Source: Microcoleaceae cyanobacterium
Lineage (GTDB): Bacteria > Cyanobacteriota > Cyanobacteriia > Cyanobacteriales > Microcoleaceae
DNA: 24,000 nt
Assembly: GCA_049649525.1 (NCBI GenBank)
Contig: JBARZE010000006.1
Span: forward strand, 103,887 to 127,886
Direction: 5' to 3'
Below are positions 1-7,823 of this stretch, piece after piece. A model generated the notes under the pieces. That model searched no databases. It saw only the letters and a list, made by a program, of their open reading frames with translations, and was not told where the DNA came from. Each line of letters starts with the position of its first letter. Position 1 is the stretch's first letter. Made by a program: the position numbers and the translations under genes.

Positions 1-85
1 TCCAACTCTCCAACTCTCCCCGTCTCCCATATCCTCCAACTCTCCCCGTCTCCCGTCTCCCCGTCTCCAACTCTGCCATATCTCC
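1..85. repeat. Mosaic tandem array of C/T-rich octamers, cut by the window edge
   Basis: Read directly: TCCAACTC x2, TCCCCGTC, TCCCATAT, then TCCAACTC, TCCCCGTC, TCCCGTC, TCCCCGTC, TCCAACTC, TGCCATAT. The + strand has almost no G. It lies about 90 bp upstream of the 179 CDS. Confidence 0.8.
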
Positions 86-178
86 GAAGTCTTCCTCATA
101 GAAGATGGAATTGTCAACTAAGATTGTTAAACTAAACTATTCTGGAGCAAATAATATTTGATCGCACGGAGGAAATGA

Positions 179-1267
179 ATGTCAGCCGGATTTTTACTAA
201 CGCGAGTTTTACTAAAATTTGAAGATCTTAAAGAAGATATGATTGCTGATTTATCAGCCGCAACCATGACACCCGATGGCAGCTTATGGTTGGGTTCTGA
301 TGAGTTACTGGGAGTTGAACGACTTTTACCCCAGGAATCTTGTGTATACGGCGATCATCAGCATTTTTCCCTCACAGATATTTTTGAATTTCCAGACTCT
401 GATGATGAAATTGATATCGAAGGACTCGATTATTCTGATGGATATTTATGGGTGATTGGTTCTCATAGTACTAAACGCAAAAAACCCAAGCAAAAATCCC
501 CAGAAGATGATATAGAAAGATTGACAATTATTGAATCTGAGTTGAATCGTTATCTACTGGGTAGAGTCCCTGTATTTAACGGAGGAATAGTGAAAAAATA
601 TGCGGGTTCAGCAGATCGTCCGGAAGAACAGTTATTTGCCGCTAAGCTGGAAATTGACGATCAACATAATGCTTTAATTGCGGCATTACAGGATGATCCT
701 CATATTGGGGAGTTTGTTTCTACTCGGCTGCCTTCTAAAGATAATGGTTTGGATATTGAGGGAATTGCGGTTAAAGGAAATCGGATTTTTCTAGGATTAC
801 GTGGCCCAGTGATTCGAGGAATTGGAATTATTTTAGAACTCGTTGTGACGGCAAATGCTTCTGGTGTGCTGGAGTTAAAACCTTTAGATTCATCGGGTAA
901 ACTATACTATAAACATTTAGTCGATTTAGATGGTTCAGGCATTCGAGAACTCTGTTTTGATGGAGATGATTTAATTATTTTATCTGGGCCGACAATGGAC
1001 TTAGACGGTTTTCAAGAACTATTTCGCTACAAAAATATTTTATCTCGTCAGTCTGATAGCATCACTTGGCAAGACTCTGATGATTTAGAATCGGTGTTTG
1101 AATTGCCTTTAAAGATTAAAGAAGATAAAGCAGAAGGATTATTAATGTTTCCTTGTCTGGGTCAATCTGAAGCGGCTATGGTGATTTATGATTCTCCCAG
1201 TCCGAAAAGAAAGCTGAGTGAAAAAACGGTACTCGCTGATGTATTTAGTTTAAGTCAGTCTTCTTAA
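179..1267 (+). CDS. Conserved hypothetical protein, possibly DUF3616-like with repeated beta-strand-rich segments
   Basis: 362-aa ORF with ATG at 179, preceded by GGAGG at 168-172. Recurrent motifs are LDIEGLDYSDGYLWVIGSHS, GLDIEGIAVKGNRIFLGLRGPV and KAEGLLMF. The family assignment is from memory of the motif style only. Confidence 0.75.
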   Translation: MSAGFLLTRVLLKFEDLKEDMIADLSAATMTPDGSLWLGSDELLGVERLLPQESCVYGDHQHFSLTDIFEFPDSDDEIDIEGLDYSDGYLWVIGSHSTKRKKPKQKSPEDDIERLTIIESELNRYLLGRVPVFNGGIVKKYAGSADRPEEQLFAAKLEIDDQHNALIAALQDDPHIGEFVSTRLPSKDNGLDIEGIAVKGNRIFLGLRGPVIRGIGIILELVVTANASGVLELKPLDSSGKLYYKHLVDLDGSGIRELCFDGDDLIILSGPTMDLDGFQELFRYKNILSRQSDSITWQDSDDLESVFELPLKIKEDKAEGLLMFPCLGQSEAAMVIYDSPSPKRKLSEKTVLADVFSLSQSS

Positions 1268-1466
1268 AAAGTTTCTTATCACAATTTAGCTGAAATTAAT
1301 CAGAGTTTAATCTTTTCTTTAGGTTTTTATTATTTATGGCTTAAGGAAGATGTCAGACTCTTTTTTTTATTTATATGTTAGGAGTATATATTTATAATAA
1401 TGCCTTAAAGAATTATATTAACTGAAGATTTAAAAAAAAACAACGCTTAGTTTAATCATAAAAAAT

Positions 1467-1727
1467 ATGCAGTATTCATTCAACTCTTGTATGTATCCTT
1501 CAGATTATGGCTTTCAGACTACTTACACTAATATTAGAGATGACTTAAATTCAGTCATTCAAGACGACAATATTCTCGCTATTTTGGGTCGTCCAATTAA
1601 ACGTACAATCCGAGATGGGGAGAATAATGTAATTCTCAATATTGGAGATTTAATTAGCGTTAAAGCCGTGATTGAAGCTAAACAGGCGGGTCATTTAGAG
1701 ACACTTCTCAACTCTGTTTACTGGTAA
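1467..1727 (+). CDS. Small hypothetical protein (86 aa)
   Basis: ORF preceded by a very AT-rich 200-bp spacer with T8 (1361-1368) and A9 (1432-1440) runs. I recognise no family. The segment ILGRPIKRTIRDGENNVILNIGDLISVKAVIEAKQAGHLETLL looks like a real folded domain rather than random sequence. Confidence 0.5.
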   Translation: MQYSFNSCMYPSDYGFQTTYTNIRDDLNSVIQDDNILAILGRPIKRTIRDGENNVILNIGDLISVKAVIEAKQAGHLETLLNSVYW

Positions 1728-1772
1728 AAATGGGGCGAGTGTCTCCCAGAATAGGGAGAAAACACTATCGCT

Positions 1773-2360
1773 TTACCAACCAAAAGCAGAAAAAGATTCT
1801 ACAGCCTCAGATTCTGACTCTGTAGGGGTTGTCGCCTCTTCTGTCACCCGAATTTCAGTACAAAATGTAGAAGTATTGAAGCCACCAAACCGTTTGACTG
1901 CGCTAGTTCTCATCCGCATATTCGGGCCATTAAACCAAAACCGTTCAATTGAACTCATGGTTTCATATTCAGTAATCAGCAGCAAACCATCCTCATCATC
2001 CATCTCAAATTCACCCGCTACGGGAACAATCTCAGCATAACCCCGTTCTCGTAACATTTTGCCTTTACGGGGATTATCTGCATCCGGAACAATCGCAAAG
2101 ACAGTCGATCCCTTGTGGTTTTCATCCTCTTTGTCCCAGGACATCGCCCCATCCCAAGTCACATAAGCACCCCCTACAGCTAAATTAGGGTCAACTTCAT
2201 GCATTTCACAGATTTCAATCACTTTAGGGTCGTCGGCGGTTAAGGCTTCGACTTGGATATCAGAATGTCCTTTTTCCGCTTGCCGAAACGCTAAGTGATG
2301 AGTGGTTCGTAGCGATCGCCAAGTTCCGGCGCTTTGTTGAAAAAATTCTTTTGCATCCAT
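1773..2360 (-). CDS. cpcS: Phycobiliprotein bilin lyase, CpcS/CpeS family
   Basis: The N-terminal signature EFFQQSAGTWRSLRTTHHLAFRQ matches the CpcS family. So do VTWDGAMSWD, GYAEIVPVAGEF, LLLITEYETM, ERFWFNGPNMRMRTS and KRFGGF throughout. It has a short acidic Ser/Thr/Glu C-terminal tail. Confidence 0.9.
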   Translation of the reverse strand: MDAKEFFQQSAGTWRSLRTTHHLAFRQAEKGHSDIQVEALTADDPKVIEICEMHEVDPNLAVGGAYVTWDGAMSWDKEDENHKGSTVFAIVPDADNPRKGKMLRERGYAEIVPVAGEFEMDDEDGLLLITEYETMSSIERFWFNGPNMRMRTSAVKRFGGFNTSTFCTEIRVTEEATTPTESESEAVESFSAFGW

Positions 2361-2466
2361 AATCGCAAATATTGGTTGTTAAATGATTCTACTGACTCTA
2401 TATTGTATAGCGCAGCAGCAAGGTGATTGAAATCAGAAATGCCATCGAATCTTTGTAGATATCATC

Positions 2467-3252
2467 TCAATCAATGTTGACAGAGGATTTTTCGACAAAT
2501 TGTTTGCCACACTCTTTGCATCGATAACACTGTTTTCCGCGACGATACCCATTTTTTGAGAGTTGCTGAGATTGACAACGGGGGCAAATCATTACTTTCA
2601 TTACATTTTCCTTCACCGGATCTTCCATGTAAGGTGATAAATACGACACTAGCAATTCTTCAATCTGTTGGATTAAGCGCTGGCGATGTTGTAGGTCTTG
2701 GTTTCGTAGAACAGCTAAAATCAGGGCATTACTACTATGAGTAGCGACTTCTGCCAGGAGTTGAGACTGGGCTTGACCCAGAGTAGGGTTTCTCTGTTGC
2801 AACAGATTTGCCATGAAATTAATCGCTTCTTGGGTCATACTCTCATCAATGGCTTGAAACATTTCTCGTCCCAGAAAAAACTGGATAAATATTACCCGTG
2901 ATACAGGCTGTTCAAACAGTTCAGTCACTGCTACTACTAAATTATGAATCATTGGACGCAAGGGAAGTTGGATCATTTCTGGGGTGTTCATCTGTTCCCA
3001 GAATGCCTTCACCCGTTCAATATGCCGTAACTCCATCGCTTTAAAAATAGCGGCTTTATCGGGAAAAAATTGATACAGTGAACCCACTGCTGTTTCTGCT
3101 TTTGCTGCTATTAAATGAGTGGTTGCTGCTTCATAACCCACCTGATCAAATACAGAGGCGGCGGCATTGAGAATCTTTTCAACCCGTTGTTTACCCCGTT
3201 GCTGTTTGGGTTGACGACGAAAGTTACTTGACAAATGCAAATTTTCTGTCAT
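2467..3252 (-). CDS. TetR/AcrR-family transcriptional regulator with a C-terminal CxxC-N15-CxxCxxC zinc ribbon
   Basis: TetR HTH region RVEKILNAAASVFDQVGYEAATTHLIAAKAETAVGSLYQFFPDKAAIF. The last 39 aa (2470-2586) read CPRCQSQQLSKNGYRRGKQCYRCKECGKQF. The ORF is open to 3315, but that start would overlap the divergent Rieske gene. The ATG at 3252 (MTENLH...) or 3279 is more plausible. Confidence 0.8.
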   Translation of the reverse strand: MTENLHLSSNFRRQPKQQRGKQRVEKILNAAASVFDQVGYEAATTHLIAAKAETAVGSLYQFFPDKAAIFKAMELRHIERVKAFWEQMNTPEMIQLPLRPMIHNLVVAVTELFEQPVSRVIFIQFFLGREMFQAIDESMTQEAINFMANLLQQRNPTLGQAQSQLLAEVATHSSNALILAVLRNQDLQHRQRLIQQIEELLVSYLSPYMEDPVKENVMKVMICPRCQSQQLSKNGYRRGKQCYRCKECGKQFVEKSSVNID

Positions 3253-3292
3253 ATTTAAAATATGCGACAAATCATTCATAATTTTAGAACTC

Positions 3293-4297
3293 ATGGAAAA
3301 CGCGATACAGTCCATGCTTCCTGGTGCGCCTTGGTTACTGGCTCATAAGTCGATGCTAACCGTAAACCAACCGCGCCAAATTTCATTATATGGGAATGAT
3401 TATGTGATGTGGAAAACCCCAGAAGGGGAAGTTAATGCTTTACCCAATGCTTGCCCTCACATGGGGGCGATGCTATCGGAAGGATGGTGTGAACAAAAGG
3501 AAGATCAAAGTACTGTTGTTTGTCCATTTCATGCCTTACCCTTTGATGCAGAAGGTTGCACTATTCTTCCGGGTTCTAATAAAAAAACTTTACCGCAATT
3601 GCAGCCTTTAGAACTGATTATTCAAGGGGATTTTATTTGGTCTTATGGAGGATATCAACCCCAGCGAACCATACCGACTGTACTCAATGAAATTAGTAAA
3701 GCCTACGATTTTGTTGGACATACAGCAGATTGTAGCGTCAAAACTGATTTGTTAACAATGCTGCTGAATATGCATGATTATAATCATCAAAATGGTACGC
3801 ATCGGGAGTTATTCCGCATTACAGAAGTGAATTTTCATCAATTTATTGATAATGGATATAACTCTCATGCTTTTTATGAATCACCGACTGCACCTTACAG
3901 TTTAATTGAAAAACTACGAAAACCGGATTTATTTCTACTGCCCAAAACAATTCAAGCCCATCTAGAAAATCATTTCCCTTCTCTGGTTATCTTTCATGGG
4001 AAAACAGCTTTAGGAAAAATCGCTCAATGTCATTTATTTATACCCGAAGCTGAAGATCAAACTCGAACTTATGTGTTGATGTATGGTAAAGCCAAGTATT
4101 CAATCTTTAAAATACTGGGTAAAACTTATCTCAATTTCAGTAAAACTATTGTAGAACAAGATACTGATATTCTAGGAAAAATTTATCCCAATACTCCCCA
4201 AAATATTAAACTAAATAATGAAGTAGGAATTACTTGGGTACGGCGCAACTTCAAACACTTTCCCGATATTGTAGAACCGAATTTATCCCGATCATAG
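3293..4297 (+). CDS. Rieske [2Fe-2S] non-heme-iron oxygenase (ring-hydroxylating / PAO-like alpha subunit type)
   Basis: Rieske ligand motifs CPHMGAML...CPFHALPF. A mononuclear-iron motif DxxHxxxxH is present in NMHDYNHQNGTH. An alternative start is the ATG at 3314 (MLPGAPW). Confidence 0.85.
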   Translation: MENAIQSMLPGAPWLLAHKSMLTVNQPRQISLYGNDYVMWKTPEGEVNALPNACPHMGAMLSEGWCEQKEDQSTVVCPFHALPFDAEGCTILPGSNKKTLPQLQPLELIIQGDFIWSYGGYQPQRTIPTVLNEISKAYDFVGHTADCSVKTDLLTMLLNMHDYNHQNGTHRELFRITEVNFHQFIDNGYNSHAFYESPTAPYSLIEKLRKPDLFLLPKTIQAHLENHFPSLVIFHGKTALGKIAQCHLFIPEAEDQTRTYVLMYGKAKYSIFKILGKTYLNFSKTIVEQDTDILGKIYPNTPQNIKLNNEVGITWVRRNFKHFPDIVEPNLSRS

Positions 4298-4626
4298 AGA
4301 GGGTTATGAAACATAATTATCGCTGCTGTCGATATAGATATTGGCAGGGAATAAATTAGAAACTCAGTCTCTCAATTGCTGGATTGACTTGACTCTTCTA
4401 TTTCTGTTTGAAATAGTCTGGGAAAAGAAGAATAATAATTCCCCAGAATATCAATATCAATCCCCAAGAAAAGCCAAATAAACGACGATATTCTTTAATC
4501 GTAAATGATGTCTGCCACGAATTGCGAAAAAAGTATTAATTTGACTCACTATTTTAACTTTCTCTTGTTTTCTTCCTGTGCAAAACTGAATTAAAGGAAA
4601 CTTTTCTTATTGAGTTAATCAGACAA

Positions 4627-4683
4627 TTCTGTAGCTATAGCGCTATACGCAGGCAACGGGCAACGGGCACTCCTGCTACAGAA
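4627..4683. other. Compact structured element: 9-bp outer stem enclosing a 12-bp perfect palindrome and a 7-nt tandem doublet
   Basis: TTCTGTAGC (4627-4635) pairs perfectly with GCTACAGAA (4675-4683). Inside are TATAGCGCTATA (4636-4647) and CAACGGG x2 (4654-4667). An alternative stem is GCAGG/CCTGC. Confidence 0.5.
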
Positions 4684-4709
4684 AGGAGAAATGCCTATAG
4701 TGCAAAACG

Positions 4710-4946
4710 TTATCGTAATTTCTTACAATGGTGATTTGTAAATAAACCAGCGCGACTTGCTATAGGTCCCTGATTATGACGATAACCAGTCCGGTTAGAA
4801 ACTTCAACTTCAGCCGCTTTGAATTCTGCTATTACAATTGAGGTAGTATTTAGACCAAAGAAATTAGAAGGGGTCAGTTGACAATTAACCGAGATTGACT
4901 CTAAACGATTACACTTTAATGTTCCCAGTTCGGTTGCAAAAATCAT
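4710..4946 (-). CDS. Questionable hypothetical ORF, possibly a remnant of a membrane-anchored protein
   Basis: 78-aa ORF. Upstream and in frame, after a TGA, the sequence reads SGIGSIFLGLLV before the ATG. This suggests a transmembrane helix cut off from any canonical start. No recognised family. Confidence 0.3.
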   Translation of the reverse strand: MIFATELGTLKCNRLESISVNCQLTPSNFFGLNTTSIVIAEFKAAEVEVSNRTGYRHNQGPIASRAGLFTNHHCKKLR

Positions 4947-5158
4947 AACCAGTAAGCCAAGGAAAATCGACCCGATGCCGGATCAAAATAGAGTAAGTTG
5001 ATTATACATACTGATAGTAATACTGAATTGAGATAGGACAAGTCACCATCGCTCGATTAAAATTAACTCATTTTCAGCTTCTATGTCTTTGTGGTGTTTC
5101 ATTTGATCATCCCCTAAAATAAAGAATCAGGAACGTTAATAGATAGCAAATTAGAATT

Positions 5159-6475
5159 GTGGCTTTCAAAATTGGTTTATTAGGCTTGGGAACGGTTGGG
5201 ACAGGAACCGCACAAATTTTACTCAACCCGCAAGATCGTCATCTGCTTGTAGACAGTTTAACCTTGCATCGGGTGGGAATACGGTCGCTATCGAAACCCC
5301 GTCAAATTGAACTGCCCTCGGAATTATTAACCACCGACTTAGAAGCAATTGTGACTGATCCAGATGTCGATATTGTGGTGGAATTAATCGGGGGACTCGA
5401 ACCCGCGCGATCGCTAATTCTCCAAGCCATCGCCAATGGAAAACACGTTGTCACAGCAAACAAAGCAGTGATTTCTCGCTACAGTCACGAAATCTTCGAG
5501 GCAGCCAATAAAGCGGGGGTATACGTCCTGTTAGAAGCGGCTGTCGGGGGCGGTATCCCCGTGATTTTACCCCTGAAACAATCCCTGGGGGCGAATAAAA
5601 TTCACGCCATTATGGGCATTGTCAACGGCACGACTAACTATATTTTGACGCGGATGCAAGCCGAAGGGGCAGACTTTGAAGATGTTCTAGCTGATGCCCA
5701 ACGTTTAGGGTATGCCGAAGCCGATCCCACCGCTGATGTCGAGGGTTTAGATGCGGCGGATAAAATTGCAATTTTAGCTTCATTGGGGTTTGGCGGACGA
5801 ATTAAACTCGAAGATGTGTATTGTGAAGGCATTCGTCAAATTACCGCCACTGATATTGACTATGCCCAACGCCTCGGGTTTGTGATTAAATTATTAGCCA
5901 TTGCCAGTCGAGATCCTAACGCGACGACAGAACAAGATTTGTTATCAGTACGAGTTCATCCGACATTAGTCCCTCAAGATCATCCCTTAGCCAGTATTAA
6001 TGGTGTGAATAACGCAGTTTTGATTGAAGGAGAACCCATTGGACAGGTGATGTTTTTCGGGCCAGGTGCAGGGGCGGGGCCAACTGCGAGCGCTGTGGTT
6101 GCCGATCTGCTTAATATTGCCGCCACCCTCAAAACGCAAGCCACAAACGCCATCAACCCTCAGTTAATTCATCCGTTAATGAGTTGTACCCATCAACATT
6201 ATTGTCAACTCTCGCCGCTGAGCGATTTAGTGACGCGATTTTATGTCCGGTTTATCACTGTCGATCATCCCGGAGTATTGGGTAAGCTGGGAACCTGTTT
6301 CGGTAACAATCAAGTCAGTATTGAGTCGATGTTTCAAATAGACTCTCGTGAGGAATTGGCAGAAATTGTGGTGGTAACTCACGATGTCCAAGAAGGCAAC
6401 TTCCGAACCGCTTTAGAAGAATTGCAACAGTCGGATATTGTCGAACGCATTCCTAACGTTTTACGGGTGTTGTAG
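5159..6475 (+). CDS. hom: Homoserine dehydrogenase
   Basis: GTG start. NAD-binding N-terminus KIGLLGLGTVGTG. Catalytic-domain motifs NGTTNYILT, GYAEADPTADVEG and DAADKIAILA. C-terminal ACT-like domain VRFITVDHPGVLGKLGTCFGNNQVSIES. Confidence 0.95.
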   Translation: MAFKIGLLGLGTVGTGTAQILLNPQDRHLLVDSLTLHRVGIRSLSKPRQIELPSELLTTDLEAIVTDPDVDIVVELIGGLEPARSLILQAIANGKHVVTANKAVISRYSHEIFEAANKAGVYVLLEAAVGGGIPVILPLKQSLGANKIHAIMGIVNGTTNYILTRMQAEGADFEDVLADAQRLGYAEADPTADVEGLDAADKIAILASLGFGGRIKLEDVYCEGIRQITATDIDYAQRLGFVIKLLAIASRDPNATTEQDLLSVRVHPTLVPQDHPLASINGVNNAVLIEGEPIGQVMFFGPGAGAGPTASAVVADLLNIAATLKTQATNAINPQLIHPLMSCTHQHYCQLSPLSDLVTRFYVRFITVDHPGVLGKLGTCFGNNQVSIESMFQIDSREELAEIVVVTHDVQEGNFRTALEELQQSDIVERIPNVLRVL

Positions 6476-6479
6476 TTTG

Positions 6480-6760
6480 GCAGGAATTTAGGAGACTAGA
6501 TCTATGGGCAACAGTATTTTTTTGCTAATTTTCCTGTCAATTCTTGTAGCTGTCCTCTGTTGCCTGACAACTGTGGCAAAATCTACTATCTGAATATTCC
6601 GCTCTAATAAACCTACCTAAATCTACTCATGAGCAGATCAAGGTGTTATTTTCTTGCTTCACTGTAGCAGTGTCGGCACTCACTACTCCACAAGCTGACA
6701 CGACAGAACTTGCCGCCAAGGACTTCAAATTTATAGCTGCATTTAAGTCTCTTTCAATTT
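6480..6760 (-). ncRNA. Predicted omega-RNA (reRNA) region of the TnpB element; extent approximate
   Basis: In characterised TnpB systems the guide RNA scaffold overlaps the 3' end of tnpB and the right end of the element. Hairpin TTGCC-N10-GGCAA lies at 6560-6579. A mutually exclusive 8-bp pairing joins GGCAACAG 6507-6514 and CTGTTGCC 6557-6564. No direct evidence of transcription. Confidence 0.3.
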
Positions 6761-7823
6761 CAACTCCGCAGTTTTCACAATTAAAAACTCGCTCACTTAA
6801 ACCCAACTTCTCTTTTTTATGACCACAATTAGAACAAGTTTTTGAACTAGCAAACCATCTATCCGCAATGATCAGTTCAGACCCATACAACTGACATTTA
6901 TATTCAAGTTGCCGTCTAAACTCGTAAAAACCCATGTCTTGAATAGCCTTTGCTAGTTTTCTATTTGCCAACATTCCTGATACATTTAAATCCTCAATTA
7001 CTATCTGGCTGTGGTTCTTAGCCAAATAAGTGGTGAGCTTATGTAATGTATCAGAGCGGATGTTAGCAATTCTAAAATGTAGCTGGGCAATTCTTTTTTG
7101 AGCTTTTTTCCAATTACTTGCTCCTTTAACCTTATGGCGGTTCAAATACTGTAGTCTAGATAATTTAGTCTCATATCGACGATAGCTTTTAGCTCCTTTA
7201 AATGTTACGCCTGATGATAAAGTAGCAAGCGTTTTGATTCCTAAATCTACTCCTACTACTTTGGATAAATAGTTTGGAGATGGTTCTACTTCGATTTTAA
7301 AGCTAATAAACCATCTATCAGCCCTCTTGGAAACTGTAACAGATTTCGGCTGATAGCCATAGGGCAAAGGCTCATAAGTTTTTAACCATCCAATTTTTGG
7401 GATTTTAATTCTTTGATGTTCTACCTGAATGGCTCCATCTAGGGTAAAACTATCACTTTTACCTTTTTTCTTAAATCTAGGAGGTTTAGCTTGCTTTAAC
7501 CATGCACGTTTCCAAGATTGAGATAGATATCTTAATGCCCATTGAGGCGCACATTTGGAGCTTTGATAATACCAACTGTTTTCAGGCTTAACTAAGGCGA
7601 CTAACCATTTATGCAAGTCAATTGCTGTGGGAAATTTTATTTTCTTATCAGGATTAGCTTTATTGTGATCTAATATTTGTTTTGTTAAAGCTACCCCCCA
7701 ATTCCAGGCGTGACGAGCCGTACCTGCGTGCTGGGCGAGAGCTTTTAGCTGCTTATTATTGACTTTGAGTTCAGTTTTAAAGCCGAGTAGCAACGTTTTT
7801 GAGCTTGGGGTTAAGTTATTCAA
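6627..7823 (-). CDS. tnpB: TnpB (OrfB) RNA-guided endonuclease-type transposon protein
   Basis: N-terminal GFKTELKVNNKQ...HAGTARHAWNWGV. RuvC triad contexts VGVDLGIKT, IVIEDLNV and ERDLNAAINL. Zinc finger CSNCGHKK...CENCG. The typical C-terminal tail ACGVVSADTATVKQE is present. The first in-frame start is TTG (7823), with no ATG available before the conserved N-terminus. Confidence 0.9.
   Translation of the reverse strand: MNNLTPSSKTLLLGFKTELKVNNKQLKALAQHAGTARHAWNWGVALTKQILDHNKANPDKKIKFPTAIDLHKWLVALVKPENSWYYQSSKCAPQWALRYLSQSWKRAWLKQAKPPRFKKKGKSDSFTLDGAIQVEHQRIKIPKIGWLKTYEPLPYGYQPKSVTVSKRADRWFISFKIEVEPSPNYLSKVVGVDLGIKTLATLSSGVTFKGAKSYRRYETKLSRLQYLNRHKVKGASNWKKAQKRIAQLHFRIANIRSDTLHKLTTYLAKNHSQIVIEDLNVSGMLANRKLAKAIQDMGFYEFRRQLEYKCQLYGSELIIADRWFASSKTCSNCGHKKEKLGLSERVFNCENCGVEIERDLNAAINLKSLAASSVVSACGVVSADTATVKQENNTLICS

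Noticed and set aside
1-85. The octamer array as a possible CRISPR array
   Set aside because: The units are 7-8 nt and directly abutting, with no spacers of unique sequence. There are no cas genes. It is a simple tandem repeat.
2556-2744. Short ORFs nested in or antisense to confident genes (2556-2744+, 5638-5832-, 10944-11150+, 11798-11986+, 12017-12289-, 13426-13620-, 15755-15958-, 19263-19448-)
   Set aside because: Each is fully contained in a longer ORF with strong family motifs (TetR, hom, SBP, permease, ATPase, GT2, RTX protein). There is no independent evidence for any of them.
4390-4500. Small TM-like peptide (IKEYRRLFGFSWGLILIFWGIIILLFPDYFKQK*) on the minus strand
   Set aside because: The frame is closed by TAA upstream and contains no ATG, GTG or TTG start. 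It is therefore not reported as a CDS and is mentioned only as a possible remnant.
6577-6587. AAAATCTACTA shared between the tnpB downstream region (6577, with a variant at 6619) and the region upstream of the RTX gene (18534)
   Set aside because: Dozens of 11-mer matches are expected by chance in 24 kb of AT-rich sequence (about 3e8 pairs / 4^11). It is not evidence of a second element end.
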